NCBI GenBank assembly: GCA_964270895.1
Contig: OZ185453.1
Strand: one strand, 5' to 3'
Length of the DNA stretch: 64,000 nt
From: Podarcis filfolensis
Lineage: Eukaryota
Positions within the stretch are counted from its first letter, which is position 1. The number at the start of each line of letters is the position of its first letter. The position numbers and the translations under genes are program-made. Below the pieces are notes generated by a model, which saw only the letters and a program-made list of their open reading frames with translations, ran no database searches and had not been told where the DNA came from. Of the stretch, positions 11,687-24,137 are shown one piece after another.

Positions 11687-14600
11687 TCTTCTAATCTGGC
11701 ATTTAGAAGGATGGATTAGTCATTCAGAAAGCATCTCAAAACAAAGTTGTGGGCCCAGTTCACAACCACAGCGTTTTAGCTCTTTCCCAGAGCCATCCAA
11801 CTGCCTCTTTAGACAAAGTATCTCTAAAAAGCCTCATTAATGCTTTAGATAACTGCAGAAAAATTTGTAATGCCTGAACAATTAGAGCATATCGAATGTA
11901 TTTGAAATGCATCTCGCAAAGCAGCCATCTAGGTCAAATGTACTTTGTTCCTTTCTCCGGCTTGCTGGATTTTTGTCTCCCTGCTGAAATGTCTCCCATA
12001 CCTGGGAGGCTCACAGCAGCCACCGGGAAGGCATCTAGCCTAGAGGAACACATGGCTGTTACACCAGGAAGGCCAACAGACTTTTCCAGGGTGGGGATCA
12101 TTTTACTGAACAGCAACATCCCACTCTGGCATAATCACAAATTGAATTCAGGGTTGGAGAAAGGTCTGGCTCATTTAAACGGACAGCAAACTTAAACACA
12201 GCTAACAGGTCCTGTCAGTGGGAGCCCTGCACAAGGCCTTCTGTGTGCACAATGGGGCTTTCCCCCTCTCTTCTCCCACCACGTGCCCCCATTCCCCCCA
12301 AAATTAGCTGAGGGGGGTGTCAGGATAACCTCCACAACAGTATGCAGAGGGAAAGCAGGTAGTATCATTTCATCTGGCAAGCTGGAATGTTTGCACAGAC
12401 AATGATTGGAAGTGCCTGTCTTAAATTCCGCTCTTTAAATGTTGATTTTATCACCATATATATAAAATATACATCTGCTCCCTGATGCAAGCTCTGTGCC
12501 CTTTGGAGCACATAATAGCCAATTAAGCCAGTATATTAGTATAAAGGTGCTATAGTGCTTGACTTGAAATCTCTTCACTGCCTCAATCCCACATAACTTT
12601 AGACATCACTTCTCCCTACATGATCTCCTGTGCCAGCCACAAACCCTGCTCTGAATGTCTTCACTATGAAAAGTCAGAAGGATAATGTCCCCAGGCTCCA
12701 TAATGTCCCTCCATCTTTCGTTTCTCCTTCCTTGTCTCTTTCTGAAGTGGATACAAATCATGTTTATTCTGTAGGGTATTCTGGATGTTAAGAGCTACTA
12801 TTTTGGCTGCAGAGTTTTACTAAAGCGATTTCCTATTGTGGACCTGTTGTTTCAAACCTAAATGTTAGATCCCCCCACCCCCCAGTATTGTTACATCATG
12901 AACTGAGGAGCGGCAGTGTGCTAAATATTTTAGGTAGCTAAACAAAATAAAGAAAAAGGAATGTGAAGAAATGGTGCACGAGCCCCCTTTTAGATAAATC
13001 CATTGGACCTTAACCAGTGTGCATTTATGTAAATCGAGGTATCAGTCTGGAGATGCATTGGGTGAAAATTCCTCCTTTTGTTGGAAAAAAAGAACATATA
13101 TGGAAAGATAAAAATTATTGGCTGGAATCAGCTAACTGATCCTGCTAGTAGAAGCCCATGCAGGCACACCCTCTAGTGCAACGGGCTTTCCCCTTTCCTC
13201 TACCCATGTACCCCTGAAATTGGCTTTGTGGGGCTCAGGAGAACAGCACACAGAAGGAGAAGAAGGGGGACTTTTTCATCTGGCAAGCAGAAGCGCCTGC
13301 ACTGAGGGAATAACCAGAAGTGTATGGTGTTGAATTCCTCCTCTTGATCCAAGCTGATGTTGCTACTGTTTGCAGATTCATGTGCCAAGAAATGGATAGA
13401 AAGACAAATCTCGGAGACCGGCTTCATCTATATTTAAAAGTCCCTTATATATTTAAAAGTCCCATTTATATTTAAAAGTCCCTTCACAAAACATATTCAT
13501 GGAACTGAAAGCACAATGGTTTGGACAGGGCCCTGTTCAGTCAGCTGTAATCAAATGTGGCTTGTTCTACTGCAATGCCTTGGGGAGCTCAAATGGTCCA
13601 CCAAGGCCTGACAGGGGAGCCCAGCCCTTGCAGAGACTCAGATTATGCAAGAACAAAGGCAACCCGTCCAATTGCTCTTTGAATGCCTGGTTTCTTCTAA
13701 GATGGTTGCACACTTCCTCGCCTCTAAGCGGAAGTAAGTTCCAGGGCAGCTTTTCAGAGTCAGTTTCCTTGTGAGGAAGAGAGTGTGTGTGTACTGGAAG
13801 CTTGCTAGGGTTTTTGTAAGGTCCCTTGTTTATGAATAAGTAGTTGAGTAGGTCATCACTGGCCTAGGTTTCACAGCCCCCCCCCCCAGGTGGTAGGAAA
13901 AATGCTGGTTAGTTTATGTGTAGAGATCAAATTTGTCTGAAGAAGCCTAATATGTGGCTAAGGGGTAATATGGTGGTACTTGACATTTTAATTCTCTGTG
14001 GAAAACTGAGGTGTTTTTTGTGTTTGTGAAGAATGAGCAGAGTTTGACAAATAACCACGATTCCAAGAGGAACTTATGGGGTAGCTACCATCCCATTGCC
14101 ATGTAGACTTCTTTCCAATGTGCGATAAGGTCTCTAGTCCGTGCAGAGACCTTTGCTGCACTGTAAGAAAAAGCAGGCTCACTTTTCCTTTGGAGCCAGT
14201 TTTGGGTGGGATAGAGCCCCCTACACAAACAAACACCCACACCCCTCCATACTTGTTGTGAATATCCTCCTCTCTCAACCCTGTCTGGCACAATTTCGCC
14301 TCTGCTTGCTGCTTCTTTCTCCTTCCTGCCTTAGTCATGTAGATAATCCCACCTAATCAGGGATTATTTACGGCTAATAGAGAGACATCTTAAAGCGGCA
14401 AAGGTAATCAGATTTCACTGCATCATGGCATCACTGTGGGGAAATGTGGGCAATGTAAATGAATAAACGAACATGTCTGCAAAGAAGGCTAAGAATGCCC
14501 TGAAGGGAATTACGGTACATGTTTGGCACTGCCCAAAATCTTCACTGGAAATGACTAGATTTGGCTCATCTCTAATGGCTCAGCTTTAGTCTTTGAAATC

Positions 14601-16699
14601 ATGTCTGAGGCTGTGCCCAAACTCTTGGCCGACCATCACTTAAGATGATGCTGAAGCGTTCATTAGCCAGTTTTGGTACACACAGCTTCTTCTTCCACTT
14701 TACGGGCAGAAAGTCAATGTGAACAGCACTCGCTGTAGTCTCTTGCACTTGTGCAAATGGTTCAGAAGCACATTGCAAACTGGAACCTACCAATGATGCA
14801 ATACTTTCAGTGTTGGTGATCCAGAAATGATCATAACTGTGTAAAGATATACCAAATATTTGTCGGTTTTGGTTTTTTACTTCTAATACGTCACTGAAAA
14901 CTGTATTTCCTGGAAATGAGTTTGTGTGACCATTCACCTTTCAGGCATCTGGTTGCATGTTTTGGTTTTCCTCTTGGCTCCTGATCCTCCTTTCTTCTGC
15001 AGTTAGATACATGCGTGATCCCGTAAAATAAACAGATTTGGCTATAGGTTAACACTACTGAGAGCAAAGGAAATCACCTGAGAACTAAAAGCATAGAAGG
15101 AAAATGTAAAGGACTAGTAGGTAATATTTAAAAAAATAATAATCGCCAAAGTAAGAAAGGAGGTGTTTTCCAACATTGAGAAAAATGGTGGGATGGGGGA
15201 ATGAGAATAGTTTCAGCTCAGACAAATTCACACTTGGCTTAACATGGGAGGAAGACGCCATCTTTGCTGTTAAGAACACCAACAAGTTGTTGGGTTTTTC
15301 TTTTTTTAAAAAAGTTTAGTTCATTTTCTAGTAATATAAAACTAATTAATATAAAACACAATGCATATTAAAACATTTTAAAAGCTTGGGGATATTGTGC
15401 ACAGTAAAGACTAACAGATTTATTATTGTTAATAAAAGACGCAGAGATTTATTACAGATTTATTGTGCTGCTATAAATCAGTTAGTGCCACAAGGCTCTG
15501 AGCTAGATTTGCCGCCTAACCTTCTGGAATCTTTGCAAGATCCAGAATTTAAGGGCCAAATCAGTTCTCCTGCTTTTAAGAAAAGTTTAAGGGCCGTATC
15601 AGAATGGTAGAAAATCCAGTCAGCATTGTGGTACTAGGTGGGACTTTCTCCCAGTAGAAATTTATTCCTTAAGGCTGTTTGCCTCATGAGAGAAAGTACA
15701 GAAGTAACCTGTGTTGCACCTTCGGAATAATTATTACTTATCCTGGCATTGCACCCCAAACTTATGATGTTAAATGTTCATAAGGCTTATTGTATGCATA
15801 CATTTCCCCCTCTATTTCTTCCATGATGTCTATACTTGATCTTAGCCAAAAGGCCGAGAAGCGATTATTTCTTCCATGATGTCTGAGGACAAAAACCTCA
15901 GCCACACAAAACACAGTTGGGCTAATCTTTTGCTGCATGACACTTCACGACAAAAACTACCTGAGGGGGACTAGCAGACCTGTGTCTGCCTGACACTTAG
16001 AGTGGTACATTTTTATTTTATTTTACAAGATGTACCATGAGTGGTGTTGGCTGGAGGCAGGGAAAATAAGACTCATCTCTTCCTGCATCTCCCGTATTCC
16101 GCTCACCCTTGTTCTGCTGCCGCTGCCACTGAAACGTCCACCCCTTCAGTTTCCTTTGTCTCTTTGCTTCAGCAAGGAAAGTGTTAATCTGGGGAGAGAA
16201 CTTTTTCTGGTCCCTTGATTTTCTGTGTCACTATATCTTAGTCTGCAGGCTAGACTAGAGCTAGCCTGCCTGGTGCAGCTCCATGTGCTTCTATCTTTAG
16301 GATATATTTTTTTTACCATCGTTGTTGTTGCAGAGGGGAGTATTGAATCATGTGAACCCGTCCCCTGCAGGCTGAATCTGTACAGCCTGGATCCACATTT
16401 ACCTCCTGAGCAGGAACTAGGCCAAGGAGACAAGTTTGCCAGAGCATAGATTCTGCTACTTTGGGTGAAGATATATACTTTCATAAGACATATATTTGGT
16501 CCCCCCCCCCTTCTCTGTCTCCTCTCCTCACAAGGTGCAGAATCTTATTGTAAATTCATATAACAGCGCTCCCTGTGCAGTTTGCCTTTTCAAGTCACCG
16601 CTGATGCATAGAACAGGGTGGCCATGTATACTCTTTCTCATCACCTTGGCAGGTAAAGGTACCACTTTCCTACATGACCCTGGCCTGTCCGCAAGCTTA

Positions 16700-16920
16700 G
16701 TAGCAGCTTTGCCAGCTCCTGAGGTGTTTGCATTAATAGAAGACAATATAAACCTGGATTACAGAAACGAGCTTTATGCGGGGCTGCCCTTAGGCTTAGT
16801 CCAGAAGCTCAAGTCAGTAAAGAATGCAATGCAGCAGCAAGACTGTTGAGGAGGGCAGGCAGCTAACAGCACCTGATGCCTCTGCTAAAACCTCTTTATT
16901 GGCTGCCCATATGCTGCCCA
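16700..16920 (+). mobile_element. Degraded L2 LINE fragment
   Basis: LDYRNELYAGLPLGLVQKL is a degenerate form of the L2 LDYCNALY.GLPL..V.KLQ motif. Confidence 0.65.
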
Positions 16921-16922
16921 TG

Positions 16923-17190
16923 AGCAGGCGGTGCTGTGGTCTAAAACACTGAGCCTCCTGGGCTTACGAATCCAAAGGTTGGTGGTTCGAATCCCCACAA
17001 CAAAGTGAGCTCCCGTTGCTCGGTCCCAGCTCCAGCCAACCTAGCAGTTCAAAAGCATACAAGTGCGAGTAGATAAGTTGCTACCGCTCCGGCAGGAAGG
17101 TAAACTGCGCTTCCGTGCACTCTGGTTTCCGTCACGGTGTCCCGTTGTGCCAGAAGCAGTTTAGTCATGCTGGTCACATGACCCAGAAAG
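16923..17190 (+). mobile_element. Sauria SINE, diverged and 3'-truncated
   Basis: Aligns by eye to the other copies (GGTTCGAATCC, CTCCCGTTGCTCGGTCCC, AGTAGATAAG, GTCATGCTGGTCACATGACC); no tail. Confidence 0.8.
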
Positions 17191-17244
17191 CATCCTTTTG
17201 CCCTCCGTGCATCTCTTGAATATTTCTTACGCTGGCAGGTCTAT

Positions 17245-17436
17245 ACAAAAAATTTTTTTTTCCTTCCAGTAGCACCTTAAAGACCAACTAAGTTAGTTCT
17301 TGGTATGAGCTTTCGTGTGCATGCACACGAAAGCTCATACCAAGAACTAACTTAGTTGGTCTTTAAGGTGCTACTGGAAGGAAAAGAATTTTTTTTGTTT
17401 TGACTATGGCAGACCAACACGGCTACCTATCTGTAA
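17245..17436. mobile_element. Penelope-like element pseudo-LTR fragment in fold-back (palindromic) configuration
   Basis: Contains ccagtagcaccttaaagaccaactaag...agctttcgtgtgcatgcacac, recalled as a reptile Penelope terminal sequence. Perfect 128-bp palindrome at 17258-17385; 13-bp direct repeat ctggcaggtctat at 17232-17244 and 17437-17449. Confidence 0.75.
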
Positions 17437-17770
17437 CTGGCAGGTCTATGGAGTTGCTATAATTTTCTTGAGTAGGCAAGAAAGGTTTAGTTTTTTGTGT
17501 TTTCAAAAAAGATTGCTGTACCCTCCCCTGATATTTTGGGAGAGGGCAATATAAATAATTATTTTATAAATAAAACAAATGTAAATAAACAATAAGAGCC
17601 CGGCTAGATCAGGACAAAGACCCATCCAGTCCAGCAAACTGTTCTCATAGTAGCCTTACAGACCCCTCTTGGGAAGTTTGCAAGCAGGACAAGGGCTGAT
17701 GGGTTACAGTTAAGCAACGTCTGGGGGGGGGGGGACAAAAGTTCCTCACGCCTGGTGCAGTTCCAGAGTT

Positions 17771-17917
17771 TAGAATCATAAAATTGTACAGTTGGCAGAG
17801 ACCATGAGGGTCATCTAGTCATACCCCCTGAAAAGAAGGGAACGTTTTGCCCAACATGGGGCTTGAACCCACAGCCTTGAGATGAAGAACCTTATGCTCT
17901 ACCAACTGAGCTATCCC
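17771..17917 (-). mobile_element. tRNA-Lys-derived SINE with CR1-like 3' tail (not a tRNA gene)
   Basis: The minus strand begins gggatagctcagttggtagagcataaggttcttcatctcaaggctgtgggttcaagccccatgttgggc (degenerate tRNA-Lys) and runs directly into gactagatgaccctcatgg...caact...attttatgattcta (CR1-type end). Confidence 0.7.
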
Positions 17918-18692
17918 ACAGACTGATGCTTCAGATCACCTCTTCGCACGCAACCACCAACTGTAGGAAATGCATGCACAGACTGGCTTGTTTTATTTTT
18001 GCTTTCTGCGCATTTGCAATGCATCATGCATGTACCTGGCTGTTTGACTTTCAAAGAGTGCACCAAGGACCAGAGTTTACATTCCGTTTCGGCTTGTAAT
18101 TGCCAGGCGTTCGCTCAAACCGCTGAACTCCTTTTTGCAGAATAATATGATGGGGAAGCATGCGCAAAGGTAATTTGGACTGCATCCTTTTGCTCCCATG
18201 GCAGGATCTCAGTACCTAGGCATGTGCCTCATGTGCTAATCCAAACAAGGCCCCTATGCTGCAGCTCTGTTCCTTATTAATAGAGATGCCCCGAGAGTAC
18301 CTATTACTTTGGAAACTCTAGTTAAGATGTTCTCATGCGGAATAATGAGCTGGAAGACTTCGGAGGTGGTAGAGGGCACCACTCTGAACATTTTACTGTG
18401 TTTAAAAACCAAGTCAACTGTGAGTAGAAAGCTAGTTTATCAGGGCAGTGCATTTTAGGCCAGCATTTTTCCTGCTCTGCTAATTTTCTGTTTGCAGATA
18501 GGTTTGTTTTGGTTCAAGCATAAGGGAACATTAAAAATGTGATCCCCGGAGTCTGAAGTGCACTCTGCCATCTCAGAGCTCTCACCACGTTCTGCTGCCT
18601 AAGGGCTTTTCCACCTAGGAGGGTTTGATCAAAAGCTTTTTCTTTCTTTCTAATGAGATGAGTAGGTTTAACTGGGATTTTGTGGGGTTGGT

Positions 18693-19438
18693 TGTGTGGC
18701 GAGTTCCCGCCTCCCCCATTGGAAATAAAGACACACGACACCAGCATTTTAGGTTAATGGGCGAAAATTGGCCACAACTTTATTGGTTACAGGAATTGAG
18801 CGGTATTGACTTCGGCATTGGTCCTATCGACTATCCGGCTTCAGCCTGATTGCTTGAAGTCCGGGAAGGGTTAACCGCCAGTAGGGGGAGTCCTGCTGAT
18901 GCACATCAACTAGGAGCTCCCCCGGGGTCACCGCTTGGGGGCATGCCTTAGGCCCGCACCTCCATAAGCTTCAGACAGGGCCACGCCCCCGGAATCCTTT
19001 AATGGACTACCCTTCAATATGGCGGAAGGTGATGGCACTTCCTCCCCCCCTCATCTGCATAACAATACCCCTACCAATGCCTAACCGCCAACGCCGAGGA
19101 AGTTGTGACGATTTGCTACGAGGTAGGCGAAAAACCAAATGGCTGGAGCCAATTTGCCAAGTGAAAAAAATTCCTACCAGGCCCCTTGACGGCGACCAAC
19201 CGAAGTCCATAGCAATGTCAGAGAGCCAAACCTAAAGGGTGGGAGGGGTGGGAAACTGGAGCAGCTGGAGCAACAAAAGAGGAAAATCCTCAGCCGCGCC
19301 GGCCCTAAATAGCGCAGGCCATGCCTCCTGGGCCAGCCGATTGGCTGGCAAGGGAGATGACGCAGCCGAGGATTCCCTTAGTCTCGCGGGGGCTGTGAGC
19401 CAGCCCCCGCGCACGTGGGGGAGGGCGTGAAGCCCACA
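18693..19438 (-). mobile_element. Probable solo LTR (boundaries approximate)
   Basis: CpG-rich block with TG...CA ends and imperfect inverted termini. On the minus strand the order is E-box/GC-box, CRE-like, CCAAT (19340-19344), TATA-like TATTTA (19306-19311), then AATAAA (18779-18784). No TSD found. Confidence 0.5.
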
Positions 19439-20323
19439 ACCCCACCTCCTCTCCAGCTCAGAAGTGGCTTTTCAGCACAACCTAACAGTCCTCCTATTGC
19501 AACATCTCAGTCCGATTAATCCTCATCTTTTACACCATGCAAGTATTTTGTTGCTGCTCCAGCTTCACAGCTGCAGTGCAGCCTTAAAATGGCCTGAGCG
19601 TCTTTCTCCTTCTTGTGAGTCAAGGCCCCGAGCCCCCCACCCCCAATTGTCGAATACTAAAACACATGGACCCAAAAGGGAGAAGCCCCGGCACGCGGCT
19701 ACTTCAATACACTAAGCCATGGCCCCTTGGCTGACCGCATTGGTCGGCCGTGGGCATGACGTGGCCGAGACTCCCCTACGATGCAGGGGCACTGCCATGC
19801 CCCCGCTGTGCATGAGGAGAGTGTGTGGCCTGCCCGCAACACTGCCCCCCCCCCCCCCGGGGATGGGGAGCGGCCTTCAAGGAATCCTGCAAGCTGTCAT
19901 TCTGCGAGGGGGCTTGGGTTTTTCACCAAAAATTTATCAGCCCCGACTCTAAATTGCATTGCCAGGGAAAGGCATGGGATTTAAACTTCCATAAAACTGA
20001 TATAAGTGTGTGCTACTGATAGGCTTCTGCATGCCTGGTTTAGAAAAAAGTGTTTTACGTAAAAGAACTGTGGTTTGGCTGGTACCAGGAGGGAGTAATC
20101 AATGCCACAGCAACATTTGTCCCTGTGTCCTTATCAAGTAAGCAAGCATCACTAATCCTAATTATTCTAAAACAGTTACACAAACAGAATGAGGTGGGAA
20201 ATGAAGAGCTTTGGGTGGGTTTTTGTTAAGAACTCCAGGTTCTGTTTAGTGTTTTCTTAAGTCGTCATAATCTCTTTACGTCTGTGCCAGCATCATTGTC
20301 GTTGGCACAGCTTCTCTAAGAAT

Positions 20324-20688
20324 GTAAAGGTAAAGGTACCCCTGCCCGTACGGGCCAGTCGTGTCCGACTCTGGGGTTGCGTGCTCATCTCGCTCTAAAG
20401 GCCGTGAGCCGGCGCCGTCCGAAGACACTTCCGGGTCACGTGGCCAGCATGACGAAGCTGCAGCTGGCGAGCCAGCACCAGCGCCGCACACAGAAACGCC
20501 GTTTACCTTCCCGCTATAAAGCGGTACCTATTTATCTACTTGCACTTAAGGGTGCTTTCGAACTGCTAGGTGGGCAGGAGCTGGGACCGAACGACGGGAG
20601 CTCACCCCGCCGCGGGGATTCGAACCGCCGACCATGCGATCGGCAAGTCCTAGGCACTGAGGTTTTACCCACAGCGCCACCCGCGTCT
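20324..20688 (-). mobile_element. Sauria SINE, full length (subfamily B)
   Basis: Reverse complement of the SINE consensus, flanked by the direct repeat (t)ctctaagaat at 20313-20323 and 20686-20696 (target-site duplication). Confidence 0.9.
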
Positions 20689-21750
20689 CTAAGAATACTG
20701 TTTGTTAATTAAATATGTCTGCAGTGCTCAAGATGGGCTGTCTGATACTCCGGGGTCAGCCTTCAAGCCCCATGCAAAAAACCCCACGTCCTAAAAATCT
20801 CCTCAGCATCACTTGAAAAGTTGGTTTTGCAACATGGCGATCAAGCTCTGTGTAGGGGAAAGAGTGTGCTGCGGATCATTTGAAATGTGACATGGCCATT
20901 CCACCCCCCCCCCACCAATACTATGCTGATCAGGTAGCATTGTACTGCAGTGAAATGAACACTCGTGATACACTTAAAAAAAAGAAAAAGAAATAAGTCA
21001 GAGTACATTATTGTTCTTTTCCCTCTACAGAGAGACAAATCTCTGATGAGGAAATTGAAGCACACATCTGCATACATAAAACCAGGCCTTAGGGGGCTGG
21101 AGGGAAAGGGAATGTTTATTTTAGCGCTGAAATGAATTTGCTCCACAAACCTCTCCTCTGTGAATTTTGATGTTGAGTATGTAGCCTGCAGGTAGGCGGA
21201 CGTATGGTTTAATGCTTCACCATGAGGCAAAACAACCTCAAAACCCTTCTGCATTCAAAACGAGGATGTCAATGTAAAGGCTAATTAGGGTGCTTCTCTT
21301 TGAAATCTAGTTGCCAGTCCACAGTTGTTGGGTTTTGGTTTTTTTTTCATGGAGGGATATTTAGTCATGCGATTCCCCCATCTGCAGAGTCAGAAGTGGC
21401 ACAATCCAATGATAGTTTTACCGTTTCTTCTGCAACTTGTGTGAACTATTTTGATGTTATTTTGGACTGGGGAATCTGGGAGAAACTACGAAGCCTGAGG
21501 GGGCTGGTTGCAAGCTGAGCCAGTCAGCAGACAATGCGATATCCCATCTACCTCCACTGCATGTTTTGTTGCTATTGGTTGCGTTAGTTCCAGTACCATT
21601 TTGCTACAGGCTCTCTTTGTCCATTCCCAAAAGTCTGTCTCTCTCTCTCCCCTCCCCCACAACTTCTCAGTAGTACTTTCATTTAGAAGCTTCAGTTCAT
21701 CTCACTTGAAAAAAAATGCAGTTCCTTGATAGGGGGCTGAACGTTGTCTT

Positions 21751-21884
21751 NNNNNNNNNNNNNNNNNNNNNNNNNNNNNNNNNNNNNNNNNNNNNNNNNN
21801 NNNNNNNNNNNNNNNNNNNNNNNNNNNNNNNNNNNNNNNNNNNNNNNNNNNNNNNNNNNNNNNNNNNNNNNNNNNNNNNNNNNN
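21751..21884. other. Assembly gap (134 N)
   Basis: Run of N in CHRNA8 intron 8. Confidence 0.99.
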
Positions 21885-22012
21885 ACAATGAAAGGCTAAA
21901 CATGTTTTTGTTACAAAGTGCCTATCTATATGGATTTTTCCGCAGACCCTCCAAGTGTCTCTGTTTTCCAGGGACAGTCCCAGATTTACAGAAGCCTTCC
22001 TGCTTTTCCTTA

Positions 22013-22373
22013 AAGGTAAAGGTAAAGGGACCCTGACCATTAGGTCCAGTCGTGACCAACTCTGGGGTTGCGGTGCTCATCTCGCTTTATTGGCCGAGGG
22101 AGTCGGCGTTTGTCCGCAGACAGCTTCCGGGTCATGTGGCCAGCATGACTAAGCTGCTTCTGCCGAACCAGAGCAGCGCACGGAAACGCCGTTTACCTTC
22201 CCGCCAGAGCGGTACCTACTTATCTACTTGCACTTTGACGTGCTTTCAAACTGCTAGGTTGGCAGGAGCAGGGACCGAGCAACGGGAGTTCACCCCATCG
22301 TGGGGATTTGAACCGCCGACCTTCTGATCAGCTAGCCCTATGCTCTGTGGTTTAACCCACAGCGCCACCTACG
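22013..22373 (-). mobile_element. Sauria SINE, full length (long-core subfamily A)
   Basis: Reverse complement of the consensus; 15-bp direct repeat tcctgcttttcctta at 21998-22012 and 22374-22388. Confidence 0.9.
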
Positions 22374-23485
22374 TCCTGCTTTTCCTTAGGAAGTTCCTAT
22401 TTTCATTGGAGGAATGTTGGAGGGTATGGAGTTAAGCGAACCCCCCGAGCCAAGGGGATAAGTTACTAAACAACCTTTAGAAGACATCTGAAGGCAGCCC
22501 TGTAGAGGGACGTTTTTAACCCAGATGGATGGAGTATATACATCATAATATTGTTATCATTCTTATTATGGAATAAGATGTCCCTATTTTCATCGGAGAA
22601 ATGTTGGAGGGTATGCACCTGTTTTCTCATTCTCCCAGGCCTCTCTACAGAAGTTGCTGTGATTTCCTGCAGCCCCCCTGGCCCATTTGTAGCTTTCCTG
22701 ACAGCCACAAATGGGAAAACTTAGGTTCGTACACCAGAGAAATATGCGCAGCCAAGGGATCCGAAACGAATAAGGCCTCGTACATTTGAACATTTGCTTC
22801 AAGCAAGCTTAACTGCAGGGACTTGTCAGTTGGCTCATGATTTACAGGTTATGCCCTCAATCTGGCAGCCTGTAAGCAGCCTCTGCTTCTCTCTCTTTCT
22901 CCCCGTCCCCCTCCCCAAAGTGTGAAGTGGAGAGGTTGTGATGGTGATTTCATCCCTCATAAATCTATTTCTCTCTCCCCTCCCCACGCACATACTCACA
23001 CATATGCATGAGTGCCGGTCGCAAGTCTGAGGTTGAGAACAATAGCTGCGAGCCACAAAACTGAAAAGGGTAGGCAGGGTAAATGCCACAGCTGCGTTGC
23101 CACAGGATGGGGAGTTGCTGTGATAAAAACAGCAGCAGGTTCTAGCACGGCCTCCTCTGGTTTATATACAAGCTGCCGGAAAGATGAAGGGAGACTTAAA
23201 GCCTCACAAATTCGAAACGAAGGTAAACAAGATTGCTAATTAGCCGTGGACTGTGTCGTTCCAACATGCCAGGGAGCATTACGTTCAGCTGTTGCAAAGA
23301 TGTGCTCTGTGGGCAAATGAAAAGGCTATGTGGCCTGATCCCTGATGAAAACTTTGAAATAGAAAAGTCCAGATTTTAACAATGGCTCCAAAGGGACTTA
23401 GATGATCACCCTCCATGTGGTACTTGCACAGAAAGGCCAATCGCAATGCAGCTCTGAGACCCCCCCCCTCTCTCTCTCTCCCTCT

Positions 23486-23511
23486 CACACACACACACAC
23501 ACACACACACA
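23486..23511. repeat. (CA)n microsatellite
   Basis: Seen directly. Confidence 0.95.
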
Positions 23512-23704
23512 AGCTAATACTATTCATTCCGAAAGCTTCTGCTGAAAAGCAGGAAAATATTGTTTGGTCAACAGGAGCTGGGCACTGCTTTCCTGCAGAG
23601 AATTCATGAGATGGGAAATGCAATACAAGAGCACTCTCCAAGGTACTGAAAAAGCTCCACTGCATACCCTCCAACATTTCTCTGGTGGAAATAGAGGTGT
23701 CCTA

Positions 23705-24081
23705 TTTGATGCTTTTGAATTCTGGTGCTGGAGGAGACTCTTGAGAGTCCCATGGACTGCAAGAAGATCAAACCTCTCCATTCTGAAGGAAATCAGCCCT
23801 GAGTGCTCACTGGAAGGACAGATCCTGAAGCTGAGGCTCCAATACTTTGGCCACCTGATGAGAAGAGAAGACTCCCTGGAAAAGACCCTGATGTTGGGAA
23901 AGGTGGAGGGCACAAGGAGAAGGGGGCGACAGAGGATGAGATGGTTGGATAGTGTCATTGAAGCTACCAGCATGAGTTTGACCAAACTGCGGGAGGCAGT
24001 GGAAGACAGAAGTGCCTGGCGTGCTCTGGTCCATGGGGTCACGAAGAGTCGGAGACGACTAAACAACTAAACAACAACAAC
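23705..24081 (+). mobile_element. Bov-B (RTE) LINE, 5'-truncated 3' end
   Basis: Encodes DAFEFWCWRRLLRVPWTARRSNLSILKEISPECSLEGQILKLRLQYFGHLMRREDSLEKTLMLGKVEG...RWLDSVIEAT...WRALVHGVTKSRRRLN, typical of the Bov-B RT C-terminus; (CAA)n tail. Confidence 0.92.
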
Positions 24082-24086
24082 ATTCC

Positions 24087-24088
<2 letters not shown>

Positions 24089-24134
<46 letters not shown>
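24089..24134. repeat. (TA)n microsatellite next to the Bov-B tail
   Basis: Seen directly. Confidence 0.95.

Positions 24135-24137
<3 letters not shown>

Noticed and set aside
17840-17917. tRNA-Lys gene
   Set aside because: The anticodon arm and stems are degenerate and fused to a CR1-like tail, so it is a SINE head. The Sauria SINE heads were rejected as tRNA genes for the same reason.
20377-20712. Similar 110-140 aa ORFs at 20377, 49807 and 62215 suggesting a small gene family
   Set aside because: All are chance reading frames on the antisense strand of Sauria SINE copies.
23524-24066. 180-aa minus-strand ORF
   Set aside because: Antisense shadow of the Bov-B coding fragment.
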